Source: the human T2T-CHM13v2.0 reference genome, Homo sapiens. From it: a stretch of DNA of 64,000 bases. The stretch lies in the NCBI RefSeq assembly GCF_009914755.1, contig NC_060933.1, one strand, 5' to 3'. Positions 45,801 through 58,719 of the stretch are shown piece by piece (position 1 is the stretch's first letter; each line of letters starts with the position of its first letter). The translations under genes and the position numbers were made by a program. The notes under the pieces are model-generated. The model made no database searches. It was not told where the DNA came from and saw only the letters and a list, made by a program, of their open reading frames with translations.

Positions 45801-46580
45801 TGCATTCCATTCCATTCCATTCCCCTGCAGTCGGGTTGATTCCATTCCATTCCATTCCATTCCATTCCATTCCATTCCATTCCGTTCCGTTCCATTACAT
45901 TCCATTCCATTCTATTCGGGTTAATTCCATTCCATTCCATTCCATTCCATTCCAATCGAGTTGATTCCATTCCATTCAATTCCATTCCATTCCACTCCAT
46001 TCCAGTCCTTTCCATTCCATTCCACTCGGGTTGATTCCAATGTATTCCTTTCCATTCCATTCCATTCCATTGCAATCGAGTTGATTCCATTGCTTTGCAT
46101 TCCATTCCATTCCATTCCATTCCGGATGATTCCATTCCATTGCATTCCATTCCATTCCATTCCCCTGCACTCGGGTTGATTCCATTCCATTCCACTCCAT
46201 TCCGTTCCATTCCATTCCATTCCATTGTATTCGGGTTAATTCCATTCCATTCCATTCCATTCCATTCCATTACAATCGAGTTGATTCCATTCCATTCCAT
46301 TCCATTCCAGTCCTTTCCATTCCATTCCACTCGGGTTGATTCCATTCTATTAGTTTCCATTCCATTCCATTCCCTTCCATTCCACTCTGGTTGATACCAT
46401 TCCTTTCCATTCCACTCGAATGCATTCCCTCCTATTCCACTCGGAACGATTCCATTCCATTCCATTCCATTCCATTCCATTCCATTCCATTTCGTTCCAT
46501 TCCATTCTATTCCGTATCATTCCATTCCATTCCATTCCATTCCATTCCATTCCATTCCATTCCATTCCATTCCATTCCAT
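42860..46580 (+). repeat. About 3.7 kb direct repeat, copy 2 (partner 37560-41290)
   Basis: Same diagnostic variants as copy 1; differences are mostly pentamer copy number. Confidence 0.88.
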
Positions 46581-49500
46581 TGTACTCAGGTTGATTCAAT
46601 TCCATTGCATTCCATTCCATTCCATTCCATTCCATTCCATTCCATTCCATTCCGTTCTATTCCATTCCATTACATTCGGATTGATTCTATTCAACTCCCT
46701 TACTCTCCATTACATTCCATTCCATTCGGGTTGTTCCATTCCATTCCATACCATTCCACTCCATTCCATTGCACTCGGGTTGATTCCATTCCATTCCATT
46801 CTATTCCATTCCATTGCATTCCATTCCATTCCGGATGATTCCATTCCATTGCATTCCGTTCCATTACATTCCCCTGCACTCGCGTTGATTCCATTCCATT
46901 CCATTCAATTCCATTCCATTACAATTCGTTCCATTCCATTCTATTCCGTACCATTCCATTCCATTCCATACCATTCCATTCCATTCCATTCCATTCCATT
47001 CCGTTCCATTCCGTTCCATTCCATTCCATTCCATTCTATTCGGATTAATTCCATTCCATTCCATTCCATTCCATTCTATTCCATTCCATTGCAATCGAGT
47101 TGAATCCATTGCATTTCATTCCATTCCATTCCATTCCATTCCATTCCGGAAGATTCCATTCCATTGCATTCCATTCCATTCCATTCCCCTGCACTCGCGT
47201 TGATTGCATTCCATTCCATTCCATTCCATTCCATTCCATTCCGTTCCGTTCCATTCCATTCCATTCCATTCCATTCCATTCCATTCCGTTCCGTTCCATT
47301 CCATTCCATTCCATTCTATTCGGGTTAATTCCATTCCATTCCATTCGATTGCAATCGAGTTGATTCCATTCATTCTATTCCATTCCATTCCATTCCATTC
47401 CATTCCTTTCCATTCCATTACGCATGATTCCATTCCATTGCATTCCATTCCATTCCATTCCCCTGTACTCGGTTTGATTCCATTCCAGTCCATGCCATTC
47501 CACTCGTGTTGATTCCATTCTTTCCATTCCATTCAAGTTGAATCCATTCCATTGCATTCCATTCCATTCCATTGCCCTGCATTCGGGTTGATTCCATTCC
47601 ATTCCATTCCATTCCATTCCATTCCATTCCATTCCGTTCCGTTCCGTTCCATTCCATTCCATTCCATTCTATTCGGGTTAATTCCATTCCATTCCATTCC
47701 ATTCCATTCCAATCGAGTTGATTCCATTCCATTCCATTCCATTCCATTCCACTCCATTCCAGTCCTTTCCATTCCATTCCACTCGGGTTGATTCCAATGT
47801 ATTCCCTTCCATTCCATTCCATTACATTGTAATCGAGTTGATTACATTGCTTTGCATTCCATTCCATTCCATTCCATTCCGGATGATTCCATTCCATTGC
47901 ATTCCATTCCATTCCATTCCCCTGCACTCGGGTTTATTCCATTCCATTCCACTCCATTCCGTTCCGTTCCATTCCATTCCATTGTATTCGGGTTAATTCC
48001 ACTCCATTCCATTCCTTTCCATTCCATTCCATTCCATTCAATTACAATCGAGTTGATTCCATTCCATTCCATTCCATTCCAGTCCTTTCCATTCCATTCC
48101 ACTCGGGTTGATTCCATTCTATTAGTTTCCATTCCATTCCATTCCCTTCCATTCCACTCTGGTTGATACCATTCCTTTCCATTCCACTCGAATACATTCC
48201 CTACTATTCCACTCGGAACGATTCCATTCCATTCCATTGCATTCCATTCCATTATATTCCATACCATTTCGTTCCATTCCATTCTATTCCGTATCATTCC
48301 ATTCCATTCCATTCCATTCCATTCCATTCCATTCCAATCCATTCCATTCCATTCCTTTCCGTTCCATTCCTTTCCATTCCATTCCATTCCAATACATTCC
48401 ATTCCGTTCCGTTCCGTTCCATTCCATTCCATTCCATTCTATTCGGGTTAATTCCATTCCATTCCATTCGATTGCAATCGAGTTGATTCCATTCCATTCC
48501 ATTCCATTCCATTCCATTCCATTCCATTCGTTTCCATTCCATTACGGATGATTAAATTCCATTGCATTCCATTCCATTCCATTCCCCTGTACTCGGGTTG
48601 ATTCCATTCCATTCCATTCCAATCCATGCCATTCCACTCGTGTTGATTCCATTCTTTCCATTCCATTCAAGTTGAATCCATTCCATTGCATTCCATTCCA
48701 TTCCATTCCCCTGCAGTCGGGTTGTTTCCATTCCATTCCATTCCATTCCATTCCATTCCGTTCCATTCCGTTCCGTTCCATTCCATTCCATTCCATTCTA
48801 TTCGGATTAATTCCATTCAATTCCATTCCATTCCATTCCATTCCATTCCAATCGAGTTGATTCCATTCCATTCCATTCCATTCCATTCCACTCCATTCCA
48901 GTCCTTTCCATTCCATTCCACTCGGGTTGATTCCAATGTATTCCTTTCCATTCCATTCCATTCCATTGCAATCGAGTTGATTCCATTGCTTTGCATTCCA
49001 TTCCATTCCATTCCATTCCGGATGATTCCATTCCATTGCATTCCATTCCATTCCATTCCCCTGCACTCGGGTTGATTCCATTCCATTCCACTCCATTCCG
49101 TTCCATTCCATTCCATTGCATTGTATTCGGGTTAATTCCATTCCATTCCATTCCATTCCATTCCATTCCATTCCATTACAGTCGAGTTGATTCCATTCCA
49201 TTCCATTCCATTCCAGTCCTTTCCATTCCATTCCTCTCGGGTTGATTCCATTCTATTAGTTTCCATTCCATTCCATTCCCTTCCATTCCACTCAGGTTTT
49301 TTCCATTCCTTTCCATTCCACTCGAATACATTCCTTCCTATTCCACTCAGAACGATTCCATTCCATTCTATTCCATTCCATTCCATTTCATTCCATTCCA
49401 TTCTATTCCGTATCATTCCATTCCATTCCATTCCATTCCATTCCATTCCATTCCATTCCATTGTACTCGGGTTGATTCAATTCCATTGCATTCCATTCCA

Positions 49501-50769
49501 TTCCATTCCATTCCGTTGCATTCCATTCCATTACATTCGGATTGATTCTATTCAACTCCCTTACTCTCCATTCCATTCCATTTCATTCGGGTTGTTCCAT
49601 TCCATTCCATTCCATTCCACTCCATTCCATTGCACTCGGGTTGATTCCATTCCATTCCATTCCATTCCATTCCATTCCATTCCATTCCATTCCGGATGAT
49701 TCCATTCCATTGCATTCCGTTCCATTACATTCCCCTGCACTCGCGTTGATCCCATTCCATTCCATTCCATTCCATTCAATTCCATTCCATTACAATTCGT
49801 TCCATTCCATTCTATTCCGTACCATTCCATTCCATTCCATACCATTCCATTCCATTCCATTCCGTTCCATTCCGTTCCATTCCGTTCCATTCCATTCCAT
49901 TCTATTCGAATTAATTCCATTCAATTCCATTCCATTCCATTCTATTCCATTCCATTGCAATCGAGTTGAATCCATTGCATTTCATTCCATTCCATTCCAT
50001 TCCATTCCATTCCGGAAGATTCCATTCCATTGCATTCCATTCCATTCCATTCCCCTGCACTCGCGTTGATTCCATTCCATTCCATTCCATTCCATTCCAT
50101 TCCGTTCCGTTCCATTCCATTCCATTCCATTCCATTCCATTCCATTCCGTTCCGTTCCATTCCATTCCATTCCATTCTATTCGGGTTAATTCCATTCCAT
50201 TCCATTCGATTGCAATCGAGTTGATTCCATTCCATTCCATTCCATTCCATTCCATTCCATTCCATTCCTTTCCATTCCATTCCGGATGATTCCATTCCAT
50301 TGCATTCCATACCATTCCATTCCCCTATACTCGTGTTGATTCCATTCCATTCCATTCCAATCCATGCCATTCCACTCGTGTTGATTCCATTCTTTCCATT
50401 CCATTCAAGTTGAATCCATTCGATTGCATTCCATTCCATTCGATTCCATTCCATTGCACTCGGGTTGATTCCATTCCATTCCATTCCATTGCATTCCATT
50501 CCATTCCATTCCGGATGATTCCATTCCATTCCATTCCATTCCATTCCATTCCCCTGCAGTCGGGTTGATTCCATTCCATTGCATTCCATACCATTCCATT
50601 CCATTCCATTCCCCTGCACTCGGGTTGATTCCATTCCATTCCACTTCATTCTGTTCCATTCCATTCCATTCCATTGTATTCGGGTTAATTCCATTCCATT
50701 CCATTCCATTCCATTCCATTACTCGAGTTGATTCCATTCCATTCCATTCCATTCCATTCCATTCCATTC

Positions 50770-52250
50770 CAGTCCTTTCCATTCCATTCCACTCGGGTTG
50801 ATTCCATTCTATTAGTTTCCATTCCATTCCATTCCCTTCCATTCCACTCTGGTTGATTCCATTCTTTTCCATTCCACTCGAATACATTCCCTCCTATTCC
50901 ACTCGGAACGATTCCATTCCATTCCATTCCATTCCATTCCATTCCATTCCAGTTCGTTCCATTCCATTCTATTCCGTACCATTCCATTCCATTCCATTCC
51001 TTTCCATTCCATTCCTTTCCACTCGTGTTGTTTCCATTCCTTTCCATTCCATTCGGTTTGAAGGCATTCCATTCCATTCAATTCCATTCCATTCCATTCA
51101 ATTCCATTCCATTCTATTCCATTCCATTGCAATCGAGTTGAATCCATTCCCTTTCATTCCATTCCATTCCATTCCATTCCATTCCGGAAGATTCCATTCC
51201 ATTACATTCCATTCCATTCCATTCCCCTGCACTCGCGTTGATTCCATTCCATTCCATTCCATTCCATTCCGTTCCGTTCCATTCCATTCCATTCCATTCC
51301 ATTCCATTCCATTCCATTCCATTCCATTCCGTTCCGTTCCATTGCATTCCATTCCATTCTATTCGGGTTAATTCCATTCCATTCCATTCGATTGCCATCG
51401 AGTTGATTCCATTCAATTCCATTCCATTCTATTCGGGTTAATTTCATTCCATTCCATTCGATTGCCATCGAGTTGATCCCATTCCATTCCATTCCATTCC
51501 ATTCCATTCCATTCCTTTCCATTCCGTTACGGATGACTCCATTCCATTGCTTTCCATTCCTTTCCATTCCCCTGTACTCGGGTTGATTCCATTCCATTCC
51601 ATTCCACTCCATTCGGTTCCGTTGCATTCCATTCTATTGCATTCCATTCTATTCGGGTTAATTCCATTCCATTCTATTCCATTCCATTCCATTCCATTCC
51701 ATTGCAATGGAGTTTATTCCATTCCATTCCATTCCATTCCGGATGATTCCCTTCCATTGCATTCCATTCCATTCCATTCCCCTACACTCGTGTTGATTCC
51801 ATTCCCTTCCATTCCATTCCATTCCGTTCCATTCCATTCCATTCCATTCTATTCCGGTTAATTCCATTCCATTCCATTCCATGCCATTCCATTCCATTCC
51901 ATTGCAATCGAGTTGATTCCATTCCATTCCTTTCCATTCCATTCCATTGCCTTGCATTCCACTCGGGTTGATTCCATTCCCTTCTTTCCACTCCATTACA
52001 TTCCCTTCCATTCCTCTCGGAATGATTGATTCCATTCCATTCCATTCCATTTCATTCCATTGCAATCCATTCCAATCCATTCCATTCCATTCCATTCCAC
52101 TCGAGTTGACTTCATTCCATTCCTTTCCATTCCATTCCATTCCATTCCTTTCCACTCGAGTTGATTCCACTCCATTCCAATCCATTGCAATCCATTCCAT
52201 GCCATTCCACTCGGGTTGATTCCATTCCTTTGCATTCCATTCCATTCCAT
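50770..52250 (+). repeat. About 1.45 kb dispersed direct repeat (closest partner 57280-58700; relatives at about 20370-21650 and 53340-54530)
   Basis: Same module order and shared variants GGATGACTCCATTCCATTGCTTTCC, GCAATGGAGTTTATTCC (51704/58144) and AATCCATTGCAATCC (52179/58624). Offset about 6.44-6.53 kb. Confidence 0.75.
51361..51490 (+). repeat. 70-bp tandem duplication
   Basis: ATTCGGGTTAATT(C/T)CATTCCATTCCATTCGATTGCCATCGAGTTGAT at 51361 and 51431. Both copies carry the rare GCCATCGAG variant. Confidence 0.88.
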
Positions 52251-55200
52251 TCCATTGCATTCCATTCCATTCCATTCCGTTGCATTCCATTCCATTACAT
52301 TGGGATTGATTCTATTCAACTCCCTTACTGTCCATTACATTCCATTCCATTCGGGTTGTTCCATTCGATTCCATTCCATTCCATTCCACTCCATTCCATT
52401 GCACTCGGGTTGATTCCATTCCATTCCATTCAATTCCATTCCATTCCGGATGATTCCATTCCATTGCATTCCGTTCCATTACATTCCCCTGCACTCGGGT
52501 TGATACCATTCCATTCCTTTCCATTCCATTCCATTCCATTCGATTCCATTCCGGATGATTCCATTCCATTGCATTCCATTGCATTCCATTCCCCTGCACT
52601 CGGGTTGATTACATTCCATTTCCTTCCCTTCCATTCCTTTCCATTCCATTCCATTCCATTCTATTCGGGTGAATTCCATTCCATTCCATTCCATTCCATT
52701 CCATTCCATTCCATTCCATTCCATTGCAATCGAGTTGATTCCATTCCATTCCATTCCATTCCGTTCCGGATGATTCCATTCCATTCCATTCCATTCCATT
52801 CCATTCCCCTGCAGTCGGGTTGATTCCATTCCATTCCATTCTATTCCATTCTATTCCATTCCATTCCGTTCCATTCCATTCCATTCCATTCTATTCGGGT
52901 TAATTCCATTCCATTCCATTCCATTCCATTCCATTCCATTCCATTCCAATCGAGTTGATTCCATTCCATTCCATTCCATTCCATTCCACTCCATTCCAGT
53001 CGTTTCCATTCCATTACACTCGGGTTGATTCCATTCTATTCCTTTCCATTCCATTCCATTCCGTTGCAATCGAGTTGATTCCATTGCTTTGCATTCCATT
53101 CCATTCCATTCCATTCCGGATGATTCCATTCCATTGCATTCCATTCCATTCCATTCCCCTGCACTCGGGTTGATTCCATTCCATTCCACTCCATTCCATT
53201 CCATTCCATTCCATTCCATTTTATTCGTGTTAATTCCATTCCATTCCATTCCATTCCATTCCATTCCATTCCATTCCATTCCATTACAATCGAGTTGATT
53301 CCATTCCATTCCATTCCATTCCATTCCATTCCATTCCAGTCCTTTCCATTCCATTCCACTCGGGTTGATTCCATTCTATTAGTTTCCATTCCATTCCATT
53401 CCCTTCCATTCCACTCTGGTTGATTCCATTCCTTTCCATTCCACTCGAATACATTCCCTCCTATTCCACTCGGAACGATTCCATTTCATTCCATTCCATT
53501 CCATTCCATTCCATTCCAGTTCGTTCCATTCTTTCTATTCCGTACCATTCCATTCCATTCCATTCCTTTCCATTCCATTCTTTTCCACTCGTGTTGATTC
53601 CATTCCTTTCCGTTCCATTCGGTTTGAAGGCATTCCATTCCATTCAATTCCATTCCATTCCATTCCATTCCGTTCCGTTCCATTCCATTCCATTCCGTTC
53701 TATTCGGGTTAATTCCATTCCATTCAATTCGATTGCCATCGAGTTGATTCCATTCCATTCCATTCCATTCCATTCCATTCCTTTCCATTCCATTACGGAT
53801 GACTCCATTCCATTGCATTCCATTCCATTCCATTCCCCTGTACTCGGGTTGATTCCATTCCATTCCATTCCACTCCATTCGGTTCCGTTGCATTCCATTC
53901 TATTGCATTCCATTCTATTCGGGTTAATTCCATTCCATTCAATTCCATTCCATTCCATTCCATTCCATTGCAATGGAGTTGATTCCATTCCATTCCATTC
54001 CATTCCGGATGATTGCATTCCATTGCATTCCATTCCATTCCATTCCCCTGCACTCGTGTTGATTGCATTCCATTCCATTCCATTCCATTCCGTTCCATTC
54101 CATTCCATTCCATTCTATTCCGGTTAATTCCATTCCATTCCATTCCATTCCATTCCATTCCATTGCAATCGAGTTGTTTCCATTCCATTCCTTTCCATTC
54201 CATTCCTTTGCCTTGCATTCCACTCGGGTTGATTCCGTTCCCTTCTTTCCACTCCATTACATTCCCTTCCATTCCACTCGGAATGATTGATTCCATTCCA
54301 TTCCATTCCATTTCATTCCATTGCTATCCATTCCAATCCATTCCATTCCATTCCATTCCACTCGAGTTGACTTCATTCCATTCCTTTCCATTCCATTCCA
54401 TTCCTTTCCACTCGAGTTGATTCCATTCCATTCCAATCCATTGCATTCCATTCCATGCGATTCCACTCGGGTTGATTCCTTTCCTTTGCATTCCATTCCA
54501 TTCCATTCCATTGCATTCCATTCCATTCCATTCCGTTGCATTCCATTCCATTACATTCGGATTGATTCTATTCAACTCCCTTACTCTCCATTACATTCCA
54601 TTCCATTCGGGTTGTTCCATTCCATTCCATTCCATTCCACTCCATTCCATTGCGCTCGGGTTGATTCCATTCCATTCCATTCCATTCCATTCCATTCCAT
54701 TCCGGATGATTCCATTCCATTGCATTCCGTTCCATTACATTCCCCTGCACTCGCGTTGATTCCATTCCATTGCATTCCATTCCATTCAATTCCATTCCAT
54801 TACAATTCGTTCCATTCCATTCTATTCCGTACCATTCCATTCCATTCCATACCATTCCGTTCCATTCCGTTCCATTCCATTCCGTTCCATTCCGTTCCAT
54901 TCCATTCCATTCTATTCGGGTTAATTTCATTCCATTCCATTCCATCCCATTCTATTACATTCCATTGCAATCGAGTTGAATCCATTGCATTTCATTCCAT
55001 TCCATTACATTCCATTCCATTCCGGAAGATTCCATTCCATTGCATTCCATTCCATTCCATTCCCCTGCACTCGCGTTGATTCCATTCCATTCCATTCCAT
55101 TCCATTCCGTTCCATTCCATTCCGTTCCGTTCCATTCCATTCCATTCCATTCCATTCCATTCCGTTCCGTTCCATTCCATTCCATTCCATTCTATTCGGG

Positions 55201-58200
55201 TTAATTCCATTCCATTCCATTCGATTGCAATCGTGTTGATTCCATTCCATTCCATTCCATTCCATTCCATTCCATTCCTTTCCATTCCATTACGGATGAT
55301 TCCATTCCAATGCATTCCATTCCATTCCATTCCCCTGTACTCGGGTTGATTCCATTCCATTCCATTCCAATCCATGCCATTCCACTCGTGTTGATTCCAT
55401 TCTTTCCATTCCATTCAAGTTGAATCCATTCCATTGCATTCCATTCCATTCGATTCCATTCAATTGCACTCGGGTTGATTCCATTCCATTGCATTCCATT
55501 CCGTTCCATTCCATTCCATTCCATTCCTTTCCGTTCCATTCCATTCCATTACATTCGGATTGATTCTATTCAATTCCCTTACACTCCATTCCATTCCATT
55601 CCATTCGGGTAGTTTCCATTCCATTCCATTCCATTCCTCTCCATTCCATTGCACTCGGGTTGATTCCATTCCATTGCATTCCATTCCATTCCATTCAATT
55701 CCATTCCGTTCCATTCCATTCCATTACATTCGGATTGATTCTATTCAACTCCCTTACTCTCCATTACATTCCATTCCGTTCGGGTTGTTCCATTCCATTC
55801 CATTCCATTCCACTCTATTCCATTGCACTCGGGTTTATTCCATTCCATTCCATTCCATTCCATTCCGGAAGATTCCATTCCATTGCATTCCATTACATTC
55901 CATTCCCCTGCACTCGCGTTGATTCCATTCCATTCCATTCGATTCCATTCCATTCCATTCCATTCCATTCCTTTCCGTTCCATTCCATTCCATTCCATTC
56001 CATTCCATTCCATTCCGTTCCGTTCCATTCCATTCCATTCCATTCCATTCTATTCGGGTTAATTCCATTCCATTCCATTCGATTGCAATCGAGATGATTC
56101 CATTCCATTCCATTCCATTCCATTCCATTCCATTCCATTCCATTGCACACGGGTTCATTCCATTCCATTCCATTCCATCCCATTCCATTCCGTTCCATTC
56201 CATGCCATTACACTCGGGTTGATTCCATTCCTTTCCATTCCATTCTTGTTGAATCCATTCCATTCCATTCCATTCCATTCGAATCCATTCCATTGCACTC
56301 GGGTTGATTCCATTCCATTCCATTCCATTCCATTCCATTTCACTCCATTCCATTCCATTACATTAGGATTGATTCTATTCAATTCCCTTACACTCCATTA
56401 CATTCCATTCCATTCGGGATGTTTCCATTCCATTCCATTCCATTCCACTCCATTCCATTGCATCAGGTTGATTGCATTCCATTCCATTCCATTCCATTCC
56501 GGATGATTCCATTCCATTGCATTCCATTCCATTCCATTCCCCTGCACTCGGGTTGATTCCATTCCATTCCATTCCATTCCATTCCATTCCATTCCGTTCC
56601 ATTCCATTCCATTCCATTCTATTCCGGTTAATTCCATTCCATTCCTTTCGATTCCATTCCATTCCATTCCATTCCATTGCAGTCGAGTTGATTCCATTCC
56701 ATTCCATTCCATTCCGTTCCGGATGATTCCATTTCATTCCATTCCATTCCATTCCATTCCATTCCCCTGCAGTCGGGTTGATTCCATTCCATTCCATTCC
56801 ATTCCATTCCATTCCGTTCCATTCCATTCCATTCCATTCTATTCGGGTTAATTCCATTCCATTCCATTCCATTCCATTCCATTCCATTCCATTCCATTCC
56901 ATTAAAATCGAGTTGATTCCATTCCATTCCATTCCATTCCATTCCACTCCATTCCAGTCCTTTCCATTCCATTACACTCGGGTTGATTCCATTCTATTCC
57001 TTTCCATTCCATTCCATTCCATTGCAATCGAGTTGATTCCATTGCTTTTCATTCCATTCCATTCCATTCCATTCCGGATGATTCCATTCCATTGCATTCC
57101 ATTCCATTCCATTCCCCTGCACTCGGGTTGATTCCATTCCATTCCACTCCATTCCGTTCCATTCCATTCCATTCCATTATATTCGGGTTAATTCCATTCC
57201 ATTCCACTCCATTCCATTCCATTCCATTCCATTCCAATCGAGTTGATTCCATTCCATTCCATTCCATTCCATTCCATTCCATTCCAGTCCTTTCCATTCC
57301 ATTCCACTCGTGTTGATTCCATTCTATTAGTTTCCATTCCATTCCATTCCCTTCCATTCCACTCTGGTTGATTCCATTCCTTTCCATTCCACTCGAATAC
57401 ATTCCCTCCTATTCCACTCGGAACTATTCCATTCCATTCCATTCCATTCCATTCCATTCCATTCCATTCCATTCCAGTTCGTTCCATTCCATTCTATTCC
57501 ATACCATGCCATTCCATTCCATTCCTTTCCATTCCATTCCTTTCCACTCGTGTTGATTCCATTCCTTTCCATTCCATTCGGTTTGAAGGCATTCCATTCC
57601 ATTCAATTCCATTCCATTCCATTCAATTCCATTCCATTCTATTCCATTCCATTGCAATCGAGTTGAATCCATTGCCTTTCATTCCATTCCATTCCATTCC
57701 ATTCCATTCCATTCCGGAAGATTCCATTCCATTACATTCCATTCCATTCCATTCCCCTGCACTCGCGTTGATTCCATTCCTTTCCATTGCATTCCATTCC
57801 GTTCCGTTCCATTCCATTCCATTCCATTCCATTCCATTCCATTCCGTTCCGTTCCATTCCATTCCATTCCATTCTATTCGGGTTAATTCCATTCCATTCC
57901 ATTCGATTGCAATCGAGTTGATTCCATTCCATTCCATTCCATTCCATTCCATTCCTTTCCATTCCATTACGGATGACTCCATTCCATTGCTTTCCATTCC
58001 ATTCCATTCCCCTGTACTCGGGTTGATTCCATTCCATTCCATTCCACTCCATTCGGTTCCGTTGCATTACATTCTATTGCATTCCATTCTATTCGGGTTA
58101 ATTCCATTCCATTCTATTCCATTCCATTCCATTCCATTCCATTGCAATGGAGTTTATTCCATTCCATTAAATTCCATTCCGGATGATTCCATTCCATTGC

Positions 58201-58719
58201 ATTCCATTCCATTCCATTCCCCTGCACTCGTGTTGATTCCATTCCCTTCCATTCCATTCCATTCCGTTCCATTCCATTCCATTCCATTCTATTCCGGTTA
58301 ATTCCATTCCATTCCATTCCATTCCATTCCATTCCATTCCATTCCATTCCATTGCAATCGAGTTGATTCCATTCCATTCCTTTCCATTCCATTCCATTGC
58401 CTTGCATTCCACTCGGGTTGATTCCATTCCCTTCTTTCCACTCCATTACATTCCCTTCCATTCCACTCGGAATGATTGATTCCATTCCATTCCATTCCAT
58501 TTGATTCCATTGCAATCCATTCCAATCCATTCCATTCCATTCCATTCCACTCGAGTTGACTTCATTCCATTCCTTTCAATTCCATTCCATTCCTTTCCAC
58601 TCGAGTGGATTCCATTCCATTCCAATCCATTGCAATCCATTCCATGCCATTCCACTCGGGTTGATTCCATTCCTTTGCATTCCATTCCATTCCATTCCAT
58701 TCCATTCCATTCCATTCCA

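Larger units (their letters stand above)
781..57916. repeat. Dispersed set of about 25 perfect 14-bp palindromes TCGATTGCAATCGA
   Basis: Starts at 781, 4246, 6481, 7250, 11566, 12515, 13882, 18181, 22275, 24152, 26314, 27790, 29548, 34425, 35858, 39287, 40300, 41899, 44564, 45577, 47345, 48468, 50206, 56079, 57903. Self-complementary by inspection. Confidence 0.9.
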
